DNA of 64,000 nt from Clostridiales bacterium. GTDB lineage: Bacteria > Bacillota > Clostridia > Saccharofermentanales > Saccharofermentanaceae. Positions 20,723 to 31,219 of the stretch are shown here, one piece after another. Made by a program: the position numbers and the translations under genes. The DNA is taken from assembly GCA_017513085.1 (NCBI GenBank), contig JAFWDK010000024.1:1-64000 (forward strand), read 5' to 3'. Positions within the stretch are counted from its first letter, which is position 1; each line of letters begins with the position of its first letter. The notes under the pieces are model-generated. The model saw nothing but the letters and a program-made list of their open reading frames with translations. It made no database searches and was not told the origin of the DNA.

Positions 20723-22624
20723 ATGGGAATGGGTGGTCCTGGCTCCATGCGAATGGGGCCGAGAGGTTTTCTTACTGAAGAAGAGAAAAAGAATAAACCG
20801 AAGGTCGATAAGAAGCTTCTGAAGCGTATCGCTTCATACATGAAGCCATATAAGCTTCAGTTTGCGCTTGTATTTTTATCGATCCTGCTTTCCTCGGTCG
20901 TCGGATTATTCCCGTCGATCATAACGGGAAGGATAGTTGATAAGGCGCTTCTCGGAGATGACCTCGGTCTTCTTATCAAACTCCTGATCGCTGCATTTGT
21001 AGCTCTTACCGCATCTCAGGTAATCAGCGTTATCGAAAGTTACATTAATGCGTGGATCTCCCAGCGTATCATCTTTGACATGAAAAACGAGATGTATCGA
21101 CACTTGCAATGGATGCCGCACAGTTTTTTTACTACGGAAAAGCAGGGCGATATCATTACGAGAATGAATACAGACATTTCCGGTGTCAGTTCCATTATTT
21201 CCAATACACTTTCAAGCTGTGTCAATAATCTGGCTACCGTGGTCACGACACTGGTTGCTCTCTTTATGATGAGCGTTCCTCTGGCTCTTGTCGGTATCCT
21301 CATTATTCCGCTTTTGATCCTTCCGACCAGAAATGTCGGCCGGCAGCGATATAAGATGCTTACGAAGACTCAGGAAAAGAATGATGAACTTAATCAAGTG
21401 ATCAATGAGACGCTTTCTGTTTCCGGATCCATGCTGGTCAAGCTTTTCACAAGAGAAGATAAAGAATATGAAAACTTCGTTGAGGTTAACGAACAGGTCA
21501 CGAAGCTTTCTCTGAAAGAACAGAGAAGCGGTAAATGGTTCCGCGTTATGATGGGTATGTTTACACAGGTTGGCCCTTTGCTGATCTATTTTGCCGGCGG
21601 TGTCTGCCTGATCAAGAAATACGACACTACACTTACTGTTGGTATAGTAACGGCAACTGTTGCGCTGATCAACCGTCTGTACCGACCTGTTGAATCCCTG
21701 ATGAATCTTGGCGTCGATTTTACAAGGTCGCTCGCGCTCTTTACCCGAATCTTCGATTACTTTGATCGTGAAAATCCGCTGAAATCCCCTGAAAATGGCG
21801 TGAAACCGGATGTTGCGAATAAGGATATCGTCTTTGATCACGTGAAGTTTTCATATACTCCGGAAAAAGAACTTTTACAGGATGTATCATTTACCGTTCC
21901 AGGCGGAAAAATGTATGCGATCGTCGGACCTTCCGGTTCCGGTAAATCTACAGTTGTGAACTTTATTCCACGTCTTTATGATGTTCAGGAAGGAAGCGTA
22001 AAGATCGCAGGGGAAGATGTCAGAGATATAGATCTTACCTATCTCCGACAGCAGATCGGTGTGGTAACACAGGAGACGTATCTTTTTAACGGCACGATCA
22101 AGGAAAATCTTCTTTATGCAAAAGAAGATGCAACGGATGAAGAGATTGAAAAAGCCTGTAAGATCGCCAGCATTCACGATTTTATCGTCAAGCAGCCGGA
22201 CGGATACAACACCATGGTCGGTAACCGTGGACTAAAGCTTTCCGGCGGTGAGAAACAGCGTATCAGTATTGCGCGCGTTATCTTGAAAGATCCGAAGATC
22301 CTGATCCTTGACGAGGCAACCAGCGCACTTGATTCCATCTCGGAAAATGCCATCTCGGAAGCGCTTGAAGTTCTGATGCAGAACCGCACATCCATCGTTA
22401 TCGCGCACAGGCTCTCAACAATTATGAAAGCAGAGAAGATCGTCGTGATCGCGGACGGCCATGTTGCTGAACTTGGCACGCATCAGGAACTCCTCGACAA
22501 AAACGGAATCTATAGAGACCTTTATGAGACACAGTTCCGTCAGGTCCTCGAAATGCAGGATCAGTCCAAGACCGGTGATCCGGAGTGGGAAGATAAGAAA
22601 ATGATCCAAAATGACGTGTACTGA
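20723..22624 (+). CDS. ABC exporter, fused permease plus ATPase (MdlB/MsbA-like)
   Basis: TM domain, GPSGSGKS, LSGGEKQR, ILDEATSALD, IAHRLST. Confidence 0.93.
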   Translation: MGMGGPGSMRMGPRGFLTEEEKKNKPKVDKKLLKRIASYMKPYKLQFALVFLSILLSSVVGLFPSIITGRIVDKALLGDDLGLLIKLLIAAFVALTASQVISVIESYINAWISQRIIFDMKNEMYRHLQWMPHSFFTTEKQGDIITRMNTDISGVSSIISNTLSSCVNNLATVVTTLVALFMMSVPLALVGILIIPLLILPTRNVGRQRYKMLTKTQEKNDELNQVINETLSVSGSMLVKLFTREDKEYENFVEVNEQVTKLSLKEQRSGKWFRVMMGMFTQVGPLLIYFAGGVCLIKKYDTTLTVGIVTATVALINRLYRPVESLMNLGVDFTRSLALFTRIFDYFDRENPLKSPENGVKPDVANKDIVFDHVKFSYTPEKELLQDVSFTVPGGKMYAIVGPSGSGKSTVVNFIPRLYDVQEGSVKIAGEDVRDIDLTYLRQQIGVVTQETYLFNGTIKENLLYAKEDATDEEIEKACKIASIHDFIVKQPDGYNTMVGNRGLKLSGGEKQRISIARVILKDPKILILDEATSALDSISENAISEALEVLMQNRTSIVIAHRLSTIMKAEKIVVIADGHVAELGTHQELLDKNGIYRDLYETQFRQVLEMQDQSKTGDPEWEDKKMIQNDVY

Positions 22625-22677
22625 ACCGATCAGGTAATGCGGCCTTTATCTCAGGGGAAATTATTCGAATCTACTTT

Positions 22678-23769
22678 TTATACATTGAATCGGAAGAGAA
22701 CTACGTCACCGTCTTTCATGACATATTCCTTACCTTCGGATCTTACAAGTCCTTTTTCTTTAGCAGCGGTATATGTTCCGCAAGCCATCAGATCGTCGAA
22801 AGCAACAACTTCGGCACGGATAAATCCTCTTTCAAAATCTGAGTGGATCTTACCTGCGGCCTGAGGAGCTTTCGTTCCGTTCTTGATCGTCCAGGCGCGA
22901 ACTTCCTGAGGACCGGCTGTGAGATAAGAAATGAGGCCAAGGAGCTTATAACTGGCCTGGATCATCTTATCCAGACCAGACTGGGAAAGACCGAGTTCTT
23001 CCAGGAACATGGCCTTTTCTTCCGGATCGAGCATCGCGATCTCTTCTTCGATCTTTGCGGAGATAACGACGCATTCTTCTCCCGAACGTGCAGCGATCTC
23101 CTGAACAGTCTTAACATATTCGATGTCCGGATTGGAAATGTCGCTTTCGGCAATATTTGCAACATAGAGGACAGGTTTCAGAGAAAGAAGGGCAAGATCT
23201 TTGACAAACTCCATTTCTTCCTCGTCAAAGGTGAGGGAACGGGCCGGCTTTTCTTCTTCGAGAGTCTTGGCAATCTTTTCGTAGCAATCCAGTTCAGCCT
23301 GGAATTTCTTGTCTCCGCCTTTCATCATCTTTCTGACTTTATCCAGTCGACGGTCCATATATTCCATATCGGACAGGATCAGTTCCAATTCGATGGTTTC
23401 GATATCGCGCTTCGGGTTAGCGCCGCCATCTACGTGCACGACATTGGAATCGTCAAAGCAACGTACTACATGTACAATGGCATCGACTTCACGAATGTTG
23501 GCAAGAAATTTATTGCCCAGACCTTCACCTTTGCTAGCGCCACGGACGAGTCCGGCGATATCTACGAATTCGATTACTGCCGGAGTATATTTTTCCGGAT
23601 TATACATCTTTGCGAGTTCATCCAGACGGCTGTCCGGAACAGATACGACACCGACATTCGGTTCAATCGTGCAAAAAGGATAGTTTGCGGATTCCGCGCC
23701 TGCCTTCGTAATGGCGTTAAAAAGGGTGCTTTTGCCGACATTCGGCAGACCAACGATACCAAGTTTCAT
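22678..23769 (-). CDS. ychF: Ribosome-binding ATPase YchF
   Basis: GIVGLPNVGKST, NYPFCTIEPN, DIAGLV, IHSDFERGFI. Confidence 0.98.
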   Translation of the reverse strand: MKLGIVGLPNVGKSTLFNAITKAGAESANYPFCTIEPNVGVVSVPDSRLDELAKMYNPEKYTPAVIEFVDIAGLVRGASKGEGLGNKFLANIREVDAIVHVVRCFDDSNVVHVDGGANPKRDIETIELELILSDMEYMDRRLDKVRKMMKGGDKKFQAELDCYEKIAKTLEEEKPARSLTFDEEEMEFVKDLALLSLKPVLYVANIAESDISNPDIEYVKTVQEIAARSGEECVVISAKIEEEIAMLDPEEKAMFLEELGLSQSGLDKMIQASYKLLGLISYLTAGPQEVRAWTIKNGTKAPQAAGKIHSDFERGFIRAEVVAFDDLMACGTYTAAKEKGLVRSEGKEYVMKDGDVVLFRFNV

Positions 23770-23944
23770 AGAAGATGACCTCGTTTCTTATTCTCAATAC
23801 TATTTAATCAGACATAAATCTACTATTAACGAACCCATATTATAGCACATTTCGTGCTTTTGTCGTGATTTGTCGGAAAAATCTCAAGTATGGCTTTCCA
23901 AAAGAGAGTAGAATGACACAAATTTTAAGTTTTCGGAGGGAAAA

Positions 23945-25504
23945 ATGGGAAGTGTACTGCCAAAGAATGCAAAGGTGAAAACAGTCTATCTTCAAGGACT
24001 GGAGGGATGTGAAGCGGAAGTGGAAGTTTCTATTTTTCAAGGACTTCCAAGTTTTGAAGTAGTGGGTCTGGGCGATTCTTCCATTAAAGAAGCGAAGGAA
24101 CGTGTACGTGCGTGTATACGTGCATGTGGGTATACTTTCCCCAAACAGAGGATACTGGTCAACATCTCGCCCGCATATCTTCATAAATCCGGGTCTTCGT
24201 TTGATCTACCGATAGCTCTGGGGATCTTGCTTGCATCCGGACAGATCTATAGCATATTTTCAGATATCGTAGCCTATGGTGAACTTTCTTTGACCGGTGA
24301 GATCAAACCGGTTCCGGGAAGTATTTCGCGTATGCTTGCGCTGGAACATATTAAGAGCGATATTGTTATTATTCCGTCGAAAGATAGTGAAGAAGCCTCG
24401 CTTCTTTCCGTTGAGGCAGAGGGCGTCTCTTTTTTGTCTGATGCGATCGCGCATCTTGAAGTAGTCACACCACATAATAACCGGCCGGTATCTGTTATTT
24501 CGGAATTGCCTGATCCGGCGGTGGATATTTCCTGCCTTCGTGGCCAGCCCTCAGCCGGGCGGGCTATGATTCTTGCAGCGGCAGGATTCCATAATCTTCT
24601 TTTTTCGGGATCCCCGGGAACGGGTAAGTCACTTTCGGCACAGATCATTCAGGGACTTCTTCCGCCCCTTTCTTTGAAGGAGAAAATTGAACTCTTGAGA
24701 GTGGAAAGTTCCCTTTCTGTTCTGGATACTCATGATATTTCGTCTTGTGAACGTCCGTTCCGTTACGTTAATCCTAATTGCACACCATCCGCACTGGTCG
24801 GGGGCGGGCGCAATGCCATACCCGGCGAAATCTCACGTGCACTTCATGGAGTGCTTTTTCTTGATGAGCTTCCTGAGTTTTCGCCTAAAGTCCTCGATCT
24901 TCTCCGTGTTCCGTTAGAAAGCGGGGAAGTTGAGGTTTCCAGGAATTCTGTCAGTAATACTTTTCCAGCTAAATGCATGCTTGTGGCTGCAATGAATCCG
25001 TGCAGGTGTGGAAAGTGCATCGAATCTCCGTCAGAGTGTACCTGCACACCATCTATGATCCGGAATTATCAGGGAAGGATCAGCGGTGCTCTTCTGGATA
25101 GAATGGATATATATTGCTATATGTCCAGAATATCGGAATCTGCGATGATGGAGGCAATCAGTTCAGATGATAAAAAGGAAAGCAAGGAGTGGAGAAAGAA
25201 GATCAATGATGTCTGGCAGAGACAATACCGTCGCTGTGAAGATATGGGGATCGAGAAGGTACGTAACGGTGAGTGCCGGGAACAGAACCTTACTGAACTG
25301 TTTCGTCTTGGAAAAAAAGAAAGTGAATACGCGGCAATGGTGGCGAATAAGATGAAACTTTCGGTGCGCGGGTTGAGAAGACTTGTACGGCTTTCGCGTA
25401 CCATAGCGGATCTTGATCTTTCTTTAGATGTAAAGTGTGAGCACATTATGGAAGCACTGACATATCGGATACCAATGCGTTCTGAATCGGGGGTGCGTGT
25501 ATGA
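23945..25504 (+). CDS. comM: YifB/ComM family Mg-chelatase-like AAA ATPase
   Basis: N-terminal Lon-like domain (GSSFDLPIALG), GSPGTGKS, GVLFLDELPEF, AAMNPC; upstream of dprA. Confidence 0.88.
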   Translation: MGSVLPKNAKVKTVYLQGLEGCEAEVEVSIFQGLPSFEVVGLGDSSIKEAKERVRACIRACGYTFPKQRILVNISPAYLHKSGSSFDLPIALGILLASGQIYSIFSDIVAYGELSLTGEIKPVPGSISRMLALEHIKSDIVIIPSKDSEEASLLSVEAEGVSFLSDAIAHLEVVTPHNNRPVSVISELPDPAVDISCLRGQPSAGRAMILAAAGFHNLLFSGSPGTGKSLSAQIIQGLLPPLSLKEKIELLRVESSLSVLDTHDISSCERPFRYVNPNCTPSALVGGGRNAIPGEISRALHGVLFLDELPEFSPKVLDLLRVPLESGEVEVSRNSVSNTFPAKCMLVAAMNPCRCGKCIESPSECTCTPSMIRNYQGRISGALLDRMDIYCYMSRISESAMMEAISSDDKKESKEWRKKINDVWQRQYRRCEDMGIEKVRNGECREQNLTELFRLGKKESEYAAMVANKMKLSVRGLRRLVRLSRTIADLDLSLDVKCEHIMEALTYRIPMRSESGVRV

Positions 25505-26676
25505 ATCAAGAGTCTGATTTGAAAGCCGATCTGTTTTGCTCACTATTAATCAGTAAGAAGATCCTTAGCAGTATGCAGATACGAAGACTGATGGAGAGTT
25601 TAAAGATCGATTCGGCTTCTGATCTATATTTAAACCGTTCTGAGGTTCTAACGAAACAAAATCTGACGACGGATCAATGGGAAGCCTGTAGCAAATTCAT
25701 AGAATCTCCCGCCAATGTAAGGATCGATGAGTATGTCGAGTATGTTGATAAAAAAGGGATCTATTCCATGGATTTCTTTGACTCTCTTTATCCGTCATAT
25801 CTTCGTAATCTTCCGAATATGCCGTTGGTGTTATATATGAAAGGAGACCGAAGGCTTCTTTCGGAACAAAGTGCAAGAGTATCGATCGTAGGAACAAGAC
25901 GTCCTTCTTCGTATGGAAGAAGGGTAACAAGAGACTTCTCACATGAGTTGACGCTACATGATGTGGTGGTGGTCAGCGGTTTGGCAAGAGGAATAGATGG
26001 TATTGCGCATATGACTTGCCTTGAAACAGGCGGAAAGACGATTGCAGTGCTGCCTTGCGGTCTGGATATGATATATCCGCCGGACCATACGGATCTGTTT
26101 CACGAAATCGCGTCAAAAGGATTATTACTATCCGAACTTCCTCCAAGCACGAAAGTGATCCGTCAGTATTTTCCGGCAAGAAACCGTATACTTTCAGCAC
26201 TTTCGGATTGTGTGCTGATCACCGAAGCAGGCGAAAAAAGCGGAACACTTCATACAGCGGCATTTGCTGCAACGCAAGGAAGAGAAGTATTCGTGGTTCC
26301 TACAAGTGTCTATTCTGATACGGGAAAGGGGAATCTTGAACTCATGAAGGATGGAGCCCAGGTTGCGACCGAACCGGAAGACATACTGGCATTTCTCGCA
26401 GGGGCGATCTTTTTCAGAGAGATCGATGAAATCAAGGATGAATGGAAAATGAAGAAATTGAAGGAAAAAATAAAGAAAATGCCGCAGAAACTGGAGCAAG
26501 ATGAGGTAAGACTTCTGATTTCCGAGGTGCTTATGTCTCAGGAATTGAGTGCTGATGAGATCTCCATGGAAACGGAATTGCCGTATGTCATGGTCGTGAA
26601 GGAACTCGGAAAGATGGAAATTGAGGGAATTGTAGTGCAGGAAAAGCAAAAATACATTTTGACAATTCGCCTATAA
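25501..26676 (+). CDS. dprA: DNA processing protein DprA
   Basis: IVGTR, VSGLARGIDG, FPARNRI, EAGEKSGT, C-terminal winged helix. Confidence 0.95.
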   Translation: MNQESDLKADLFCSLLISKKILSSMQIRRLMESLKIDSASDLYLNRSEVLTKQNLTTDQWEACSKFIESPANVRIDEYVEYVDKKGIYSMDFFDSLYPSYLRNLPNMPLVLYMKGDRRLLSEQSARVSIVGTRRPSSYGRRVTRDFSHELTLHDVVVVSGLARGIDGIAHMTCLETGGKTIAVLPCGLDMIYPPDHTDLFHEIASKGLLLSELPPSTKVIRQYFPARNRILSALSDCVLITEAGEKSGTLHTAAFAATQGREVFVVPTSVYSDTGKGNLELMKDGAQVATEPEDILAFLAGAIFFREIDEIKDEWKMKKLKEKIKKMPQKLEQDEVRLLISEVLMSQELSADEISMETELPYVMVVKELGKMEIEGIVVQEKQKYILTIRL

Positions 26677-26725
26677 TGAATTATATATATTAAATGTTAG
26701 AAAATCACTTTTGGGAGAAAGATAG

Positions 26726-28927
26726 ATGAGTAAGAACTTAGTAATCGTTGAGTCCCCTGCAAAGGCGAAGACTATCGGACGATATCTTGGAAAAGATTAT
26801 AGAATCACTGCCTCGGTCGGACACATCCGTGATCTGCCTTCTTCAACTATGGGTGTCGATGTTAAGCACGATTTTAAACCGACATACATCAACATGAGAG
26901 GAAAAGAGAAGGTGATCCGTGAGCTCAAGGAGCTTGCCGGAAGTGCGGACAAAGTTTATATCGCAACCGACCCTGACCGCGAAGGAGAAGCTATTGCCTG
27001 GCATATCGCCAAAGTTCTTAATATCGATCTAGACGATGAATGCCGTATCTCTTTTAATGAAATTACGGAAAAAGCAATTAAAAATGCTATCCTGTCTCCC
27101 AGAAAAATTGATGTTGATCTTGTGAACGCCCAGCAGGCCAGACGTGTTTTGGATAGACTTGTCGGTTATGAATTAAGTCCACTTCTTTGGGCTAAGGTAA
27201 GAAAAGGCCTTTCTGCCGGACGAGTTCAATCTGTCGCGACAAAACTTGTCGTTGACAGAGAAAAAGAAATCAACGCATTTAAGCCTGAAGAATATTGGAA
27301 TGTAAACGTTGAACTTTCTCCGATCGATTCCGGATTCCCGTTCAAAGCTCGTTACCATGGCGAGAAGAAGGGTGATAAGATCGAAAAAATCAAACTCTCC
27401 AATAAGGAAGAGACAGACAAACTTCTTTCTTCTTTACAGGGAGGTTCTTATATAGTTGATACAGTCAAGAAGGGACGTAAGCACAGACAACCTTTTGCTC
27501 CTTTTACTACAAGTACATTGCAGCAAGAGGCATCCAGACGTATCAGTTTTACTTCCAGAAAGACTATGAGCGTAGCGCAGCAGCTCTATGAAGGTGTTGA
27601 GATCGCAGGCCAAGGCCAGATCGCTCTTGTATCTTATATCCGTACAGACTCCGTTCGTGTTTCGGATGAGGCAATGGCTGCTGCCAGAAGTCTTATTGCC
27701 GAGAAGTATGGCGAGAAGTATTTGCCCAAGTCTCCTAGAAAATATGCGAATAAGAATTCGGCACAGGATGCCCATGAAGCGATTCGCCCGACTCATTTTG
27801 AATTAAGCCCGGAATCCATAAAGAATTCTCTTTCTTTGGATCAGTACAAGCTTTATAAGTTGATCTGGGATCGTTTCCTGTCTTCTCAGATGGCATCTGC
27901 TGAAGTAGATACTGTTTCTCTGGATGTGCGCTGCAATCAGTCGATTTTCCGTACACAGGGTGAAACCATCAAGTTCCAGGGTTTTTTGGCAGCATATGCT
28001 GATTTGAATGAAGATACTTCCGATGACGAAAAGAATGCAAAGGCAAAACTTCCTGAATTGGTTGAGAACCAGGAGCTGAAGTTGATCGATATCGCTTCGG
28101 AACAGAAGTTTACGATGCCGCCGCCAAGATTTACCGAGGCGACTTTGATCAAGATGCTTGAAGAAAAGGGTATTGGACGTCCATCTACATATGCTCCGAC
28201 GATTTCTACGATCCTGGAGAGAAATTATATCAGTAAAGAAGGCAAGGTACTTTGCCCGACCGAGCTTGGCAATGTGGTAACAGAGCTTCTGGCAGATCAT
28301 TTTACGGAGATAGTAGATGTCTCATTTACTGCCGATATGGAAACAAAACTTGACCAGATCGAATTAGGAAAGAAGGACTGGGTAAAAGTTCTTTCGGAGT
28401 TCTATCCGCCTTTCCACGAACTTATCCTAAAAGCTGGATCCGCTGTGTCCAAAGTAAAAATGGCAGAAAAGCAGACCGGCGAGAAGTGCCCGGATTGCGG
28501 CAATGATCTCGTGATCAAAGAAGGTCGTTTTGGTCAGTTTATTGCTTGCTCTCATTTCCCTGAGTGCAAATATACGAAGAATATTGAAGTTACGGTCAAG
28601 GGTAGTTGCCCGCTTTGTGGCAGCGGTCTCGTTTCGCATCGCTCGACTAAGTATAAGGGTCGTACTTTCTATACCTGTGACAAAAAGGGTAAGGATCCGG
28701 AATGTGGCTTTATCAGTTGGGATCTTCCAATTGAAGGACAAAAGTGTGATACATGCGGAAGCTATATGGTATGGAAGCGTTTCCGTGGCAGAGCATATCC
28801 TAAGTGCGCAAATCCGGATTGCCCGAAGAATACAGCTAAAAAATCATCTAAATCTTCTGACACAGAAGAATCTGATGTGGAAAAACCTGTTAAAAAGACA
28901 AGAGGAAAGAAGAGCAAAGAGGAGTAA
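26726..28927 (+). CDS. topA: DNA topoisomerase I
   Basis: IVESPAKAKTI, ATDPDREGE, SAGRVQS, YIRTDS, C-terminal Zn ribbons. Confidence 0.98.
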   Translation: MSKNLVIVESPAKAKTIGRYLGKDYRITASVGHIRDLPSSTMGVDVKHDFKPTYINMRGKEKVIRELKELAGSADKVYIATDPDREGEAIAWHIAKVLNIDLDDECRISFNEITEKAIKNAILSPRKIDVDLVNAQQARRVLDRLVGYELSPLLWAKVRKGLSAGRVQSVATKLVVDREKEINAFKPEEYWNVNVELSPIDSGFPFKARYHGEKKGDKIEKIKLSNKEETDKLLSSLQGGSYIVDTVKKGRKHRQPFAPFTTSTLQQEASRRISFTSRKTMSVAQQLYEGVEIAGQGQIALVSYIRTDSVRVSDEAMAAARSLIAEKYGEKYLPKSPRKYANKNSAQDAHEAIRPTHFELSPESIKNSLSLDQYKLYKLIWDRFLSSQMASAEVDTVSLDVRCNQSIFRTQGETIKFQGFLAAYADLNEDTSDDEKNAKAKLPELVENQELKLIDIASEQKFTMPPPRFTEATLIKMLEEKGIGRPSTYAPTISTILERNYISKEGKVLCPTELGNVVTELLADHFTEIVDVSFTADMETKLDQIELGKKDWVKVLSEFYPPFHELILKAGSAVSKVKMAEKQTGEKCPDCGNDLVIKEGRFGQFIACSHFPECKYTKNIEVTVKGSCPLCGSGLVSHRSTKYKGRTFYTCDKKGKDPECGFISWDLPIEGQKCDTCGSYMVWKRFRGRAYPKCANPDCPKNTAKKSSKSSDTEESDVEKPVKKTRGKKSKEE

Positions 28928-28932
28928 TCAAT

Positions 28933-30264
28933 ATGTTCGAGCCGGAAGTGACGATCATTGGCGCCGGACTGGCCGGAGCAGAAGCGGCATGGCAGGTGGC
29001 CAGACATGGTGTGCGTGTCCGACTTTATGAAATGAAACCGGTACGCAAGAGTCCGGCACATCATAGTGACAAATTTGCCGAACTTGTCTGTAGTAATTCT
29101 CTTCGATCCAATCAGCTGGAAAACGGAGTGGGACTTCTTAAGGAAGAGTTGCGCATCCTTGGATCATTGATCATGGAATCTGCTGACAAGGCGCAAGTGC
29201 CTGCCGGTGGTGCGCTTGCAGTCGATAGAGAAGAATTCTCCGGATATATAACGGAAAGAATCAAGAACCATCCTTTAATCGAAGTTGTTTATGACGAGAT
29301 CAAATCGATACCTGATGAGGGTGTTGTGATCATCGCAACGGGACCACTTACAGATGGTGAGCTTTATGACAGTATCATGCAAAAGATCGGTCAGAAAGAT
29401 ATGCATTTTTTTGATGCAGCTGCGCCTATTGTAATGGAATCAACGATAGATCGCTCGATCTGCTTTGCCATGTCCCGATATGGCAAAGGAGGAGATGATT
29501 ATCTTAACTGCCCGATGAATGAGGAAGAATACCGCGCATTTTACGAAGCGTTGATTTCTGCCGAACTTGCAGATGTGAAGGGCTTTGATAAAGAAACAGT
29601 TTTCGAAGGATGTATGCCTATCGAGACCATGGCGAAACGTGGATATGATACGATGCGTTTCGGTCCCTTAAAACCAGTCGGTCTGATCGATCCGCGTACA
29701 GGCAAAGAACCTTACGCATGTGTACAGCTCCGTCAGGATGACCGCATGGCATCGATTTATAATATTGTCGGATTCCAGACACGTCTGAAATTCCCTGAAC
29801 AAAAACGAGTGTTCGGAATGATTCCCGGTCTTCAGAATGCTGAGTTTACACGTATGGGCGTTATGCATAGGAATACGTATATCGAATCTCCGAAACTCCT
29901 TTCTGCCACTTATCAGCTGCGGGAAGATCCCCGGATCTTTTTTGCGGGACAGATTACCGGAGTGGAAGGGTACATTGAATCTACAGCGTCAGGCTATCTT
30001 TCCGGCTATTATGCAGTTACTATGGTCCGCCCGGACATGGAACAGGTGACTTTCAGTCCTGAAACCATGATCGGAGCCATGGCAGCTTATGTATCTGATC
30101 CGAATGTGAAGCATTTTGTTCCTATGAATGCTAATTTCGGTTTAGTTGCTCCACTTGGTTATAAAGTTAAAGGCAAGAAGAAAGAGAAGAACCTTGCCTA
30201 TGCGGAGCGTGCCATCGCTGAAGTTTGTAAGAATAAAGAGAAGATGGAGTTGTTTTGGAAATGA
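28933..30264 (+). CDS. trmFO: Folate-dependent tRNA m5U54 methyltransferase
   Basis: GAGLAG, AELVCSNS, FFDAAAP, GVMHRNTY; follows topA. Confidence 0.96.
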   Translation: MFEPEVTIIGAGLAGAEAAWQVARHGVRVRLYEMKPVRKSPAHHSDKFAELVCSNSLRSNQLENGVGLLKEELRILGSLIMESADKAQVPAGGALAVDREEFSGYITERIKNHPLIEVVYDEIKSIPDEGVVIIATGPLTDGELYDSIMQKIGQKDMHFFDAAAPIVMESTIDRSICFAMSRYGKGGDDYLNCPMNEEEYRAFYEALISAELADVKGFDKETVFEGCMPIETMAKRGYDTMRFGPLKPVGLIDPRTGKEPYACVQLRQDDRMASIYNIVGFQTRLKFPEQKRVFGMIPGLQNAEFTRMGVMHRNTYIESPKLLSATYQLREDPRIFFAGQITGVEGYIESTASGYLSGYYAVTMVRPDMEQVTFSPETMIGAMAAYVSDPNVKHFVPMNANFGLVAPLGYKVKGKKKEKNLAYAERAIAEVCKNKEKMELFWK

Positions 30265-31130
30265 AACTTGCTCGGAATATCCAATATGAAAGTGAAAAAG
30301 TATCGTATAAGAGCTTCCTGAAAGCATATGGCCATAACTGGGCTAAAGTCTGTATCAGCAACGCAGTTCTGCTGTTGTGTAACCTTCTTTCCATGGTAAT
30401 CGGTCTTGCTATCGTTATGTTCATCTTTCCCTTTATTTTTCCGTCTTTCCTTCCGGATTCGTTGAAAGACTTTCTTTTGACAAATGGTTTTGTATTAGAG
30501 GCGGAAGCCACAAATGAAGCTGTGCAAAGTATCTACTATCTGCTTTGCCTGATCCTGGATATGATGATGACAGGCCTGATGTTTGTAATAAACGGTCCTG
30601 TGCAGTGCGGTATCGTTTACTATTTGCGTAATCTTCTTGAAGGAGATGCCAGACTGAGAGATGATTTCAAAAAAGGTATGAAGTTAAACTGGAAAAAGTC
30701 TTTGGGGGCTTGTATCCTCTCCATTCTGGTCACTGTTGTCCTGATTTTTAATATCGGGTACTACAGAAATGTTGGCATGGGGTCAATTACTCCTTTTGTA
30801 CAGGGTTTTTTCACATGGTGCCTTGTTTTTTGGGGCTGTATGCAGCTTTATGTTTATCCGCTTATTGCTTGTACGGATCTTTCTCTCAAAGATGTGTACA
30901 GAAATGCTGCTTTGTTTTCCGTGAAGAGTTTCTTTGCTACACTAGGCATGTTCTTCCTGCAATGCCTGCTTTTCCTTGTTATACCATTCGTGCTGATCTT
31001 TTTTGCGGGGCAGATCGGATATGGCGTGGCGGTACTCTTATATCTGCTCTTTTCTTTTGGGTTTATGACATTTCTTTCGACATATCACTCCTGGAAACTA
31101 ATCAATAACTACGTAAAAACAGAAAAATAA
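30261..31130 (+). CDS. YesL/DUF624-like integral membrane protein
   Basis: Multiple TMs, DFKKGMKLNWKKS and YVYPL motifs; ATGA overlap with trmFO. Confidence 0.65.
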   Translation: MKLARNIQYESEKVSYKSFLKAYGHNWAKVCISNAVLLLCNLLSMVIGLAIVMFIFPFIFPSFLPDSLKDFLLTNGFVLEAEATNEAVQSIYYLLCLILDMMMTGLMFVINGPVQCGIVYYLRNLLEGDARLRDDFKKGMKLNWKKSLGACILSILVTVVLIFNIGYYRNVGMGSITPFVQGFFTWCLVFWGCMQLYVYPLIACTDLSLKDVYRNAALFSVKSFFATLGMFFLQCLLFLVIPFVLIFFAGQIGYGVAVLLYLLFSFGFMTFLSTYHSWKLINNYVKTEK

Positions 31131-31219
31131 GTATTCCTTATGCATAGCAAGTGATATGTACTTTTTAATGTTGATGGTCTAGAATATATAGGTATTCTTA
31201 CTTTAATAGGAGCGTGCTT

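Noticed and set aside
22843-23778. 311-aa plus-strand ORF
   Set aside because: Antisense to highly conserved ychF; no motifs
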